DNA from: a virus
Strand: one strand, 5' to 3'
Length of the DNA stretch: 41,402 bases
UHGV virus genome: UHGV-0107473
This document shows, piece by piece, positions 15,287-24,845 of the stretch. The notes beneath the pieces are model-generated. The model worked only from the letters and a program-made list of their open reading frames with translations. It had not been told where the DNA came from and did not search any database. The position numbers and the translations under genes were made by a program. How positions within the stretch are numbered: position 1 is the first letter of the stretch; each line of letters opens with the position of its first letter.

Positions 15287-15793
15287 ATGGGTAGATTTCA
15301 GGAAGTTTTACCCGTTCCTACATGCTGCGATTGTTGCGGGTCAAAACGAATAATCTTTATTAAATCCGAAAGAAAAATTAAATCGTCAAGCTGGCCTTAT
15401 ATCTGGTTTTGTCAATCATGCAAAGCTTCCGTGTTTTGCCATCCTGAAACAAATAACCCATTGGGATATATGGCGGATAGCAAAACGAGACTTTTACGTA
15501 GAATATTGCATATAAAATTCGATGTAATATGGAAAACAGGAAAGTTAAAAAGGCGTGACTGTTACCGTTGGCTCGCATTAAAGTTAAACATATCTATAGA
15601 TAATTGTCATATATCTTGGCTAACCCCAAGACAATTAAAACAGGCAATTACAATAGTTGAAGAATTTTTAAATACCATCGAACCGGAAAAGAAGGTTTAT
15701 AAAAATGAGCGAAAACGAAAAGAAAAATACAAGCGCAATCGAGATAGATTTAAATACAAAAGGTACGGCGTTTCAATTAGCGAAACAGATTAA
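15287..15793 (+). CDS. Cys-rich zinc-ribbon-like protein with a very basic C-terminus (169 aa from MGRFQEV)
   Basis: CCDCCGSKR...CQSC...C. C-terminus KNERKRKEKYKRNRDRFKYKRYG. AAGG RBS. The upstream part of the ORF-track ORF 14957..15793 is a repeat-region artifact. Confidence 0.45.
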   Translation: MGRFQEVLPVPTCCDCCGSKRIIFIKSERKIKSSSWPYIWFCQSCKASVFCHPETNNPLGYMADSKTRLLRRILHIKFDVIWKTGKLKRRDCYRWLALKLNISIDNCHISWLTPRQLKQAITIVEEFLNTIEPEKKVYKNERKRKEKYKRNRDRFKYKRYGVSISETD

Positions 15794-16754
15794 AAGCGAT
15801 ATTGATGAATATTGCGAAAAGAAATTTGATGATGGTTTTCGTTGGCATCTTGGCGCGTCTTTGATTGGTCACGAATGCAAACGATACCTGTTTTATGTTT
15901 TTCGCTGGTGTTTTAAAGAAAATTTCGACGGGAGAATGCAACGCCTGTTTAATCGTGGGCATCGTGAAGAAGAACGTTTTATAGAATGGCTGGAAGGCAT
16001 CGGCTTTACTGTTTATGTTGACGACTGGTCAAACTGGTCGTTGTATTGGCATAATGAAAGCGATTCTTATTTTATTGATAAAAAAGATATTGATTTACAT
16101 GCTGGTGGTTATGATCTAGTAGATGTAACCGATAACGAAACCCATAGAAAAATAGCTAAAGCTATGGGTGTTAAGTTTAAACAATATCGTATATCTGAAG
16201 TTAACGGGCATTTCGGCGGCTCGTTAGATGGGATTGCCGTTGCGCCTGAACGTTACGGATTAAAAGAACCCTTATTACTTGAATTTAAAACTAATGGCAC
16301 TGGCGCGGGATATACCAAATTAGTTAACAGCGGTATCCAGTTAGCTAAACCTGTTCATTTCTCGCAAATGTCAACTTACGGAACCAATCCGGCATATGGA
16401 TTTAAATATGGTCTGTATTTAAATACAAATAAAAATGACGACGACATTCACGTTGAAATTGTATTTTTAAATGAAGAGCTGGGAAAACAAAACATTGTCA
16501 AAGCTGAAAAAATTATATTTTCTGAAACTCCACCGCCAAGACTTTCTGAAAATCCAACTTTTCATAAGTGCCAGTATTGCGCGGCTAAAGATATTTGCCA
16601 TACCGGGGCGCTTGTAAACAGAAACTGCCGAAGCTGTAAGTTTTCCAAGCCTGTTGAAAATGCGGAATTTTATTGCACGATTCATAATGGTATAATTCCG
16701 CGCGATTATATTATGACGACTTGCGATAAATATTCGAGCATTAACGATGATTAA
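15705..16754 (+). CDS. Cas4/RecB-like PD-(D/E)XK exonuclease with a 4Cys Fe-S cluster signature (exact start uncertain)
   Basis: GASLIGHECKRYLFYVF (N-terminal Cys). LLLEFKT (ExK). C-terminal CQYCAAKDIC (C-x2-C-x5-C). Confidence 0.65.
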   Translation: MSENEKKNTSAIEIDLNTKGTAFQLAKQIKSDIDEYCEKKFDDGFRWHLGASLIGHECKRYLFYVFRWCFKENFDGRMQRLFNRGHREEERFIEWLEGIGFTVYVDDWSNWSLYWHNESDSYFIDKKDIDLHAGGYDLVDVTDNETHRKIAKAMGVKFKQYRISEVNGHFGGSLDGIAVAPERYGLKEPLLLEFKTNGTGAGYTKLVNSGIQLAKPVHFSQMSTYGTNPAYGFKYGLYLNTNKNDDDIHVEIVFLNEELGKQNIVKAEKIIFSETPPPRLSENPTFHKCQYCAAKDICHTGALVNRNCRSCKFSKPVENAEFYCTIHNGIIPRDYIMTTCDKYSSINDD

Positions 16755-18393
16755 ATTACGATACTATCAGGAAGATGCGATAAGCGCTATTTTTAAATAT
16801 TTTAGTTCCCACAAAGGGAACCCGATTTTAGCGCTTCCGACAGGAACAGGGAAAAGTATTGTTATCGCCGAATTTGTTCGGCGAGTTTTGCAAACTTGGC
16901 CCGGTCAAAGAATAATAATGCTTACGCATGTTAAAGAGCTTATCGCACAAAACGCCGCTAAATTACAATCTATTTGGCCTAATGCCCCTATGGGGATTTA
17001 TAGCGCTGGTCTGAATAGCCGGGATATGATGATGCCGATAGTATTTGGCGGTGTTCAGTCTGTTTCTAAAGCCATTGAGCGGGAGTTAAAAGAACCTAAC
17101 AACTATATCCCTGACCATAGAAAGCATTTCGGGCATCGAGATTTAATTATTATTGACGAATGTCATTTAGTAAGCGATTCCGAAAATACGCAATATCAAT
17201 ATATTATAAGTGAATTGCGAAAAATCAATCCGCTTATAAAAGTTATTGGTTTAAGCGCAACACCATATCGATTAAAACACGGTATGCTTACAGAAGGTGA
17301 TAGTATTTTTACGGATATACCTTACGATATTACAGGCGTAGAATCGTTTAACAGGCTTATCGCTGAAGGTTATCTAGCGCCTTTATATCCGAGGCCGACA
17401 AATGCTGTAATAAACACAAATGGCGTAGGGCTATCAGGTGGAGATTTTAATAATAAGCAAATGAGCGCTGAAGTCGATAAAGTAATTTATCAGGCCGTTA
17501 GTGAAATGGTGCAATTGGGGCAAGATAGAAAAGCGTGGCTAGTTTTTTCGCAAGGTGTTGAAAATGCCGAAAAGATATCGTCATTGTTAAATAGTTTTGG
17601 CGTAGATGCTTGCGCTACTCATTCTAAATTGTCAGCTAAACAAAATGACGAAATTATTAGCGCTTACAAACACGGCGAGCTAAGAGCTTTGGTAAACGCT
17701 AACAAATTAACAACAGGATTTGACCATCCGCCAACCGATTTAATAGGCGTATTACGCGCCACAATGTCACCGGGGTTATGGGTACAAATGTTAGGGCGTG
17801 GAACAAGGCCAAGCCCTGAAACGGGAAAAACCCATTGCTTAGTTTTAGACTTTGCAGGAAACACTAAGCGACTTGGCCCGATAAACGACCCGGTTAAACC
17901 CCGAAAACCGGGCAAGGGCGAACCCGGTGATGCGATAGTTAAGCTATGCAAAATTTGCAACACCTACAATCACGGTTCGGCTAGATTTTGCGTCTGTTGT
18001 GGGAATGAATTTACATTCGAAAACAAGATTTTTAAAACCGCTTCGACTGAACAGTTAATAGCCAGCGATTTGCCAGTAATTGAATCTTACAAAGTCGATA
18101 AAGTGTTGTATAATCTACACGAAAAGAAAAACAAAAGCGGGTCGTTAATGTCGCCGCCGTCGATGAGAGTTACCTATTTTTGCGGCTTGCGTCGATTCGA
18201 CGAATGGGTGTGTTTTGAGCATAAAGGTTTCCCGTTACATAAAGCCCACGAATGGTGGAAGCAACGCCATTCTAGCGAACCGCCTGTTTTCACATGGCAA
18301 GCATTACAGGCAGTTTCCGAACTAAGAGCGCCCGAGTCGATTAAGGTTTGGGTAAACAAAGATAATCCAGAAATTGTTTCTGCGGAGTGGTAA
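16747..18393 (+). CDS. SF2 DEAH-box helicase with a C-terminal zinc ribbon
   Basis: Walker A ALPTGTGKS. DEAH box IIIDECH. CKICN...CVCCG. Confidence 0.75.
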   Translation: MIKLRYYQEDAISAIFKYFSSHKGNPILALPTGTGKSIVIAEFVRRVLQTWPGQRIIMLTHVKELIAQNAAKLQSIWPNAPMGIYSAGLNSRDMMMPIVFGGVQSVSKAIERELKEPNNYIPDHRKHFGHRDLIIIDECHLVSDSENTQYQYIISELRKINPLIKVIGLSATPYRLKHGMLTEGDSIFTDIPYDITGVESFNRLIAEGYLAPLYPRPTNAVINTNGVGLSGGDFNNKQMSAEVDKVIYQAVSEMVQLGQDRKAWLVFSQGVENAEKISSLLNSFGVDACATHSKLSAKQNDEIISAYKHGELRALVNANKLTTGFDHPPTDLIGVLRATMSPGLWVQMLGRGTRPSPETGKTHCLVLDFAGNTKRLGPINDPVKPRKPGKGEPGDAIVKLCKICNTYNHGSARFCVCCGNEFTFENKIFKTASTEQLIASDLPVIESYKVDKVLYNLHEKKNKSGSLMSPPSMRVTYFCGLRRFDEWVCFEHKGFPLHKAHEWWKQRHSSEPPVFTWQALQAVSELRAPESIKVWVNKDNPEIVSAEW

Positions 18394-18395
18394 AA

Positions 18396-19517
18396 ATGAG
18401 CGAATACCAGATAGATAACAAAGGAATAGACAATTTATTTGACGATGAACCGAAACGCAAAACAAGGGCTAAAAAGCCTGTTGTTGTCAATCCAGCGCAA
18501 TCGTTTTTAGACGCTGTAACTTTCGTATCCCATGCGCAAAAGAAAACTGGAGAACCGTCGCATACTCATTGCGCTATTTCTGGCGGTTATGTTTGCGCGT
18601 CAAATGGCGAACTAACAATAGCGGCTAAAGTTGAAGAAAATATTTCAATTGCGCCTAACACATTTAAACTTATTGCGGCGCTAAAGCAAGTAGTTAATGA
18701 TGTTGCTATAACAAAACTTTCTGATTTAAGTTTGGCTATAACTTCAGGCAATTTTAAAGCCGTTATTCCGTGTTATGACACTTCAGAAATATTCGGTATG
18801 AGCGCCCCGGATGAACCAATAGCGGTTGTTAATAACGATTTGATTTTGGCAATTGGCGACGTTATCGGATTAGCTAACGAAACAGCCGCCGAACCTCTAT
18901 TTGCAGGGATTATGATTCAAAAAAATACGGTTGTTGCTACTAACGGGGCTGTAATATTTGAGGCGTGGCATGGAATAGATTTGCCTCCGGCTAAAGTAAT
19001 TCCAAAATCTGCGGCTAAAGCGTTAGTAAAATGCAAAAAGAATTTAGTAAAATTGGGGTTTTCCGATTCTTCTATTACTTTTTGGTTTGATGACGATTCT
19101 TTTATTAAAACTCAATTGTATAAATTTGTTTACCCGCAATATGAACAAGCTATGCAGACTGATAAAGACTATGAAGAAATTCCGTCGACGTTTTTCGATG
19201 CTCTGAAAACTATAGCGCCTTTCGTCGAAGGAAATAAAGTAGTTTTTAAAAACGGTATGATTGTTACAGATTATCGCGAAGAAAACGCTTCTACTTATAA
19301 AATTGATTCGCTGCCTGAAGGAATTATGTTTAATCATAAGTATTTGCTAATGCTTAAACCAGTAGCTACTAATTTCACCTTTGACGATAACCCGGCAAAA
19401 CTATATTTCTATGGCCCTAGAACTAGAGGCGCTGTAATGGGATTGAGCAAAGGCGATTTGCATAAAGACAATGCCGAAAGTCAAGCTATGGAAATAGACG
19501 ACGATATTCCGTTTTAA
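18396..19517 (+). CDS. Sliding clamp (DnaN/beta-clamp homolog) with a C-terminal SSB-tip-like motif DDDIPF
   Basis: ETAAEPLFAGIMIQKNTVVATNGAVIF parallels the beta-clamp domain-2 motif (RYYLNGMLFE...VATDGHRLA). FNHKYLLMLK...AVMGL parallels the beta-clamp C-terminus (FNVSYVLDVL...VVMPMRL). It ends ...AMEIDDDIPF, like E. coli SSB (MDFDDDIPF). Confidence 0.55.
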   Translation: MSEYQIDNKGIDNLFDDEPKRKTRAKKPVVVNPAQSFLDAVTFVSHAQKKTGEPSHTHCAISGGYVCASNGELTIAAKVEENISIAPNTFKLIAALKQVVNDVAITKLSDLSLAITSGNFKAVIPCYDTSEIFGMSAPDEPIAVVNNDLILAIGDVIGLANETAAEPLFAGIMIQKNTVVATNGAVIFEAWHGIDLPPAKVIPKSAAKALVKCKKNLVKLGFSDSSITFWFDDDSFIKTQLYKFVYPQYEQAMQTDKDYEEIPSTFFDALKTIAPFVEGNKVVFKNGMIVTDYREENASTYKIDSLPEGIMFNHKYLLMLKPVATNFTFDDNPAKLYFYGPRTRGAVMGLSKGDLHKDNAESQAMEIDDDIPF

Positions 19518-19528
19518 GGGGCTGAACT

Positions 19529-21490
19529 ATGTTAGATAATCAAGGTTTTATAACGATAGGAAAACAACAACCTACCGAATTAGCTAAACTGGTAAGGCGC
19601 GAAGCAAAGCCTATAATTCGTTTTTCCGACGACGAATTAATGAAACTTACGCCGGGTAGTGTTTTAGTTTTCGATATAGAATGCTATATGAATTTCTTTT
19701 ATATAGCGTTCAAATGCCCGCTTACCGGAAAAGTTGTAGATTTCGAACTTTCGGAAAGATCTACAATTAACGTAATGAAGCTACAATTTATTTTGTGGCG
19801 TTTCCTTATTGTGGGCTTTAACTCAAATGCTTATGATATGATGATGATTAGACTTTGCTTAGAAGGTTTACAGCCTGTAGAACTAAAAGGATGGTCTAAC
19901 CAAATAATTAATAGTGATATGCGAGACTGGCAAACCGAACAGTTAATAAATAAAGAATTCGGTAAAAAGCCTTTTAACATAAACCACATAGATTTAATCG
20001 AAGTTTGCCCGTTACAGGCATCGTTAAAACTTTACGGCGGTCGATTGCATTCTACCCGTATGCAAGATTTACCGTTTGATCATATGTCTGAATTAAAAGA
20101 CGCTGAAAAAGACGAAGTTATTTATTATTGCGCTAACGATTTAGACGTAACTATTTTATTGTTTGTTAACTTAAAAGACCAATTAGAATTACGGTGCAAA
20201 CTTTCTGAAGAACATGGAATAGATTTACGTTCTAAATCAGATGCTCAAATCGCCGAAGCTGTTATTAAAAAAGAAGTTGAACGAATTACAGGTTTTGCAC
20301 CTCAAAAGCCTAAAATTGAATATGGTAAAAAATTTAAATTTATACCTCCTGAACATTTGCATTTTCAAACTGATTACATGAAAGAAAAGTTTAATCAGAT
20401 TTTAAACATGGAATTTGAAATTAACGACAAAGGTACTGTAGTTTTAGAAGATTTAAAAGAATTTGATTTAGTTATTGGTAAAACTGTTTATCGTATGGGT
20501 AAAGGCGGTTTACATAGTAAAGAAAAAATAGCATCATACCGCGCTACTGACACCATGCGAATTGTAGACCGCGATGTAGAATCTTATTACCCACGAATGA
20601 TTTTAAACTCCGGCCTTTATCCTGAAACTATGGGGTGCGTGTTTCTTGATGTTTTTGAAGTCATTGTAGACAGGCGATTAGAAGCAAAACATTCAGGAGA
20701 CAAAAAGACCGCCGATAGCTTAAAGATTACCATTAACGGTACTTTTGGAAAACTTGGGTCGAAATATTCAACCATGTACGCGCCAAATCTATTAATTCAG
20801 GTTACTGTAGGCGGTCAATTAAACCTGTTAATGCTAATTGAAATGTTAGAGTTACACGGAATAACGGTAGTTAGTGCTAATACCGACGGTATCGTTAGCT
20901 TAGTCGAAAAACATCAAGAAGAAACTTTCTTAAACATAATTACAGGATGGGAACATTTAACTAAACTTAAAACAGAAGAAACCGAATATAAGGCGTTATT
21001 TAGTCGCGATGTTAACAATTATATCGCAGTAAAACATGATAATTCGTGCAAACTGAAAGGAACATATTCTAATCCGTGGGCAGATGAAAAAATGGCAATT
21101 TTCCGTTTTCACAAAAACCCTGTTCACACAATTTGCATTGAAGCTGTAACCAAATTAATAACTGAAAACATACCGATTGAAAACACAATAGTAAATTGCA
21201 AAGATATAACTAAATTTATTATTGTGCGTAACGTTAAAGGCGGCGGTGAAAAGAACGGAATTTATTTAGGTAAGGCCGTAAGGTGGTATTATGGGGCTGG
21301 CGAACGTGGCGCAATAAACTATGTGGCGAGTGGAAATAAAGTAGCAACAAGCGAAGGCGCTGTACCTTTAATGGATTTACCAAACGAATTACCTAATGAT
21401 TTAGATTATGAAAGATATATTAATATAGCTAGCGAAATGCTATATGATATCGGATATTATAGACGACCTGAACAAATTATGTTTTTCTAA
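19529..21490 (+). CDS. Family B DNA polymerase with 3'-5' exonuclease domain (compact, 653 aa)
   Basis: Exo I DIEC. Exo II FNSNAYD. Exo III YYCANDLD. Pol motif A DVESYYP (DxxSLYPS). Motif B KITINGTFGK (KxxxNSxYG). Motif C NTDGIV (DTDS-like). Confidence 0.8.
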   Translation: MLDNQGFITIGKQQPTELAKLVRREAKPIIRFSDDELMKLTPGSVLVFDIECYMNFFYIAFKCPLTGKVVDFELSERSTINVMKLQFILWRFLIVGFNSNAYDMMMIRLCLEGLQPVELKGWSNQIINSDMRDWQTEQLINKEFGKKPFNINHIDLIEVCPLQASLKLYGGRLHSTRMQDLPFDHMSELKDAEKDEVIYYCANDLDVTILLFVNLKDQLELRCKLSEEHGIDLRSKSDAQIAEAVIKKEVERITGFAPQKPKIEYGKKFKFIPPEHLHFQTDYMKEKFNQILNMEFEINDKGTVVLEDLKEFDLVIGKTVYRMGKGGLHSKEKIASYRATDTMRIVDRDVESYYPRMILNSGLYPETMGCVFLDVFEVIVDRRLEAKHSGDKKTADSLKITINGTFGKLGSKYSTMYAPNLLIQVTVGGQLNLLMLIEMLELHGITVVSANTDGIVSLVEKHQEETFLNIITGWEHLTKLKTEETEYKALFSRDVNNYIAVKHDNSCKLKGTYSNPWADEKMAIFRFHKNPVHTICIEAVTKLITENIPIENTIVNCKDITKFIIVRNVKGGGEKNGIYLGKAVRWYYGAGERGAINYVASGNKVATSEGAVPLMDLPNELPNDLDYERYINIASEMLYDIGYYRRPEQIMFF

Positions 21491-21521
21491 AAATTGGCCC
21501 GGTAAATCCGGGCCTTTTACT
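21491..21521. terminator. Bidirectional rho-independent terminator between the convergent DNA polymerase and tail fiber genes
   Basis: ggcccgg-taaat-ccgggcc with an A-run before and a T-run after. Confidence 0.7.
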
Positions 21522-24500
21522 TATAACGATTTACCTTGAATCGCTCTAATAATAGCCGAAGAAATAGCGTAGCCGCCTGTTTCCGGGTCAGGATGTAGAC
21601 CGTCTGCAATCATCCACGGTCTCGCCGAACCATAAGCATAATCCGAAGGTTTTTCACCAAACGATTTTTGAAGATTTAAAAATGCAACATCCCGATCATT
21701 TTTCGCTATGTCATACATAACTTTGGCGTATGTTTCCATAGCAGTAGTATTTCCACCGGGCCTATTGTTTTCGGCTGGAATTATTAACAAAATGTCGGTA
21801 GTGGGTCTTGCCGCTCTTATTGTGTCAATCATTGTTAATAAATTCGCTCTAAATGTCGATGCTGTAAGCTTTGAACCTTGATCGTTAGTGCCTAACATTA
21901 TAGTTGTTAAATCCGGCGCTAAATTAGTAAATGCAGCAGACCATTTGGCATTCATTGCGTTAACCCAATGAGTTGTACGCGAGCCGCTTCCACCAAGTTT
22001 ATTTACGATAATTCCCGGAAGCGTTTCGTTTAGAATATTAACCCCATACAATGTTACAGGTGCCACATTTACAGTAAAGGTTAACAAGCTAGAACCAGAA
22101 GACGGAAGATTAGACAGTTTAACGATATTCATACCTGCCGGGTATTGTGTCAAATCCAAAATTTCAGGCGACGCCATTCCAGACGTTTGATACTGGATAG
22201 TTCCCGAGCCACCTTCAAAAAATAAATATTGTTCGAAGCCTAATCCAAAATCGTGATTATAGGAGATAGTAGCGCCAGCCGAAGCCGCCGTTACTGAAGA
22301 TATATCAGGCCCATTTCCGGTATTATAAGCACAAGTAAAGCCTGATTGGTTTACGTTAGTGTTAATAATATCGGTATTATCGCCGTTAGGGTCGAATCCA
22401 AACGACCGCCAGCCATAACCGATAGGCGGAACTAAAGTATTTATTGGCGAATTACTAAAGGTTGCCCACAACTTTTGAGCAACCTTTAGCGCATATCTAG
22501 GTGAAAAACGAGTATAGCTATCGCCCATTAAAGCCGCTGAAAGTCTTACGTTCTGACCATAAGAAAGCTTAGTTAACCGCATATGAGTTTCGCGAAGCCT
22601 TTCGATGCCAAACATATCTGGAATTTCGCTAACTTCGTTAGATAATCCACTTATCGGAGTTCCATCGGGTAAACTTGAAATATAGGAATATTCAAAAGGT
22701 TCGAAAGCTGTAGATGCGGAACCTTCTTCAATTTGAATTGATTCACGCCGAGCCGTACCAACGGTAATTCGAATAAAGTATATTTCACTACCTGTAGTGA
22801 TAGATGTTAAGTTTTGGCCCGAATCAGCTATAGTTAAAACAAACCCTTTAATATCTGAATATTCAGCTACAAACCTAGCGCCTAAATTAAGCTTATAAGT
22901 TGTATTAGGCTTAACAGGAATAAAATCGGAGTAATAATATGATGTTCCTCCGGGAACGATTACACCACTTTCGTTAATATATCCCGGCAGCGAAGTTCTG
23001 TAGTTAAACAAGTTTTTACCGACAGCCAACAAACCATGTTTTACAAAGTCTATATTTAGGCTATCGGCATCTACGATAGAACCCGGAACTTTTATCGGAG
23101 TTCCATCGGGTAATTGACTAGCAATTACAGCCGTATATGATTTTTTTTCAGGTAAGTATTTACCTTTAATTATTTGTAATGAATCTAATGCAGTTTGCAA
23201 AATAGTTACTCTCATATAGCTAGCTGTAGACGGGGCGGTTATTTGAGTAACCGAAGTAAGCGAGCTAACAAACGACTTATTAGCGTCATAAAACGCTACA
23301 AATCGCATGGATGCACTTGACGTATAAATAGCGCCGGGTTCTAATTTTATATAATCAGAATAAACATAATCTGAACCCGAAGCGCCTTGTGTCGGGAAAA
23401 CTGAACCAAATTCGTTAACCCAGCCATAAGTAGAAGCGTTTTTATCAAAAAGGTTTTGGCCTGAAACAAAAAGGCCGCTTTTTTTCAAGGTCGGAATAAT
23501 ATCGCCATATTGAACGGGGTTAGAATTATACGAATTAGGCGATTTTAAAGAAAATGGCTCGAAACTAGTTGCTAGCGTAGATTGTTCAATTTGCATAACG
23601 CTAACGTTAGTTGTGGGGATTTCAATTCGCAAAAACGCTGCGTTTGCTGGTATTACAAATGCGGCAATAGCTTTGGCGGTAAAACTAGTGTCGAATTGTC
23701 TGCTAATAAATGCGCCATTAGAATCGTAATAAGCAACACATTTAAATTGTTGGTTAGAGCAATATTGTTTAGTTGGGTCGATTGGTATATAATCTGAAAC
23801 TGTCATAGTAGCGTCAGAATCAGTAAACAACGTTCCTAACGTGCTTATGTGCTGACCAGCCGAACCGGAATAAGGATTATACAGATTTTTACCGGGGGTA
23901 AATCCCATCGACTTATATAAATTTATTAAAGCAGAATTAACAACATTTTTTAAAACAACTTCATAAGGCTTGAATGTAGATGTTCCCACGCCAAACGTTA
24001 AGTTATAAGAATTGTTGTTAGCTATTAAAACGGATACGCGCAAATAATAACAATTAGCTGGGATTGTAAAGGGCTGCGTGCTTTCGATATCACTAACGTA
24101 TTGAAAGTTTATATCGTAAAATGTCGCAACCCTTGTGGGCAAATTAGATGAATAAACTTCGCCAGGTTTAACAGGAATAAAATCGGAATAGCAATATGAT
24201 GCATTTACCGTAGGCTTACCAGTACCGCCAAATAAATAATAGCCGTTTGTAACGTTATTTTTATCAAATTTATTAACGCCAGCTTCGAAAACTTGAATTT
24301 TAGAATAAGGAACTTGCGCAATAGACGATCTTACTTTTCGATTAGTGGCTTCAAGTACGCCAGCCTTATTTATATATTCAGCGCTTACAAACTCACCCGG
24401 CCCCTGATAAATATTAACAACGGTATTATCAGGAATTAGCCCCGACGCTAAATCTTGATTTGCTAGGCTTTCGCTCATATACATACGAATAGTATTAGTT

Positions 24501-24841
24501 ACCGAAGTTGCGCCAATCAAATGCGCGATTTCTTCAGCAGTCCCGGAAGCATTAATGTAATACTTAAACGACACTGTATTAGACGGCCCTTGACCAACAC
24601 GAAATACTTCACCGTTAGAAGTTCCGGCGATACCTGCTATAGTTCCGTCAGGGTCACTTGATGTTATTTTAAAAGTTTTATCTGCAATCGTATAGTTATC
24701 AAGAAACTTAGCTAATGAGGGGTATTGTTTACCCTGCCGAGTAACTACGGTAACTGTTTTATCACCATTGACAAAAAGCGCCATAGAATCGGCATCTAAA
24801 GAAGCGTTTTCTAATTGAGTTTTTGTAATTAAATCTGACAT
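21521..24841 (-). CDS. Tail fiber/spike protein with 4 tandem putative carbohydrate-binding repeats and a C-terminal SGNH/GDSL esterase domain
   Basis: Four repeats of about 100-120 aa begin G[KQ]NL[FY][DN] and contain YSD[FY]IP[VI].P...Y...RFVA.YD. The C-terminus has the SGNH blocks GDS (LMGDSYT), GTND (IMLGTNDQ) and DGLHP. Confidence 0.7.
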   Translation of the reverse strand: MSDLITKTQLENASLDADSMALFVNGDKTVTVVTRQGKQYPSLAKFLDNYTIADKTFKITSSDPDGTIAGIAGTSNGEVFRVGQGPSNTVSFKYYINASGTAEEIAHLIGATSVTNTIRMYMSESLANQDLASGLIPDNTVVNIYQGPGEFVSAEYINKAGVLEATNRKVRSSIAQVPYSKIQVFEAGVNKFDKNNVTNGYYLFGGTGKPTVNASYCYSDFIPVKPGEVYSSNLPTRVATFYDINFQYVSDIESTQPFTIPANCYYLRVSVLIANNNSYNLTFGVGTSTFKPYEVVLKNVVNSALINLYKSMGFTPGKNLYNPYSGSAGQHISTLGTLFTDSDATMTVSDYIPIDPTKQYCSNQQFKCVAYYDSNGAFISRQFDTSFTAKAIAAFVIPANAAFLRIEIPTTNVSVMQIEQSTLATSFEPFSLKSPNSYNSNPVQYGDIIPTLKKSGLFVSGQNLFDKNASTYGWVNEFGSVFPTQGASGSDYVYSDYIKLEPGAIYTSSASMRFVAFYDANKSFVSSLTSVTQITAPSTASYMRVTILQTALDSLQIIKGKYLPEKKSYTAVIASQLPDGTPIKVPGSIVDADSLNIDFVKHGLLAVGKNLFNYRTSLPGYINESGVIVPGGTSYYYSDFIPVKPNTTYKLNLGARFVAEYSDIKGFVLTIADSGQNLTSITTGSEIYFIRITVGTARRESIQIEEGSASTAFEPFEYSYISSLPDGTPISGLSNEVSEIPDMFGIERLRETHMRLTKLSYGQNVRLSAALMGDSYTRFSPRYALKVAQKLWATFSNSPINTLVPPIGYGWRSFGFDPNGDNTDIINTNVNQSGFTCAYNTGNGPDISSVTAASAGATISYNHDFGLGFEQYLFFEGGSGTIQYQTSGMASPEILDLTQYPAGMNIVKLSNLPSSGSSLLTFTVNVAPVTLYGVNILNETLPGIIVNKLGGSGSRTTHWVNAMNAKWSAAFTNLAPDLTTIMLGTNDQGSKLTASTFRANLLTMIDTIRAARPTTDILLIIPAENNRPGGNTTAMETYAKVMYDIAKNDRDVAFLNLQKSFGEKPSDYAYGSARPWMIADGLHPDPETGGYAISSAIIRAIQGKSL

Positions 24842-24845
24842 TACT

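Noticed and set aside
18396-19517. Possibility that the 373-aa protein is an SSB because it ends in DDDIPF
   Set aside because: Three separate segments match DnaN/beta-clamp. The SSB similarity is confined to the C-terminal tip peptide.
19529-21490. Initial reading of the polymerase as family A (Pol I-like)
   Set aside because: The motifs fit family B much better: DxxSxYP, KxxxNGxFGK resembling KLMLNSLYGKF, and TDG resembling DTDS.
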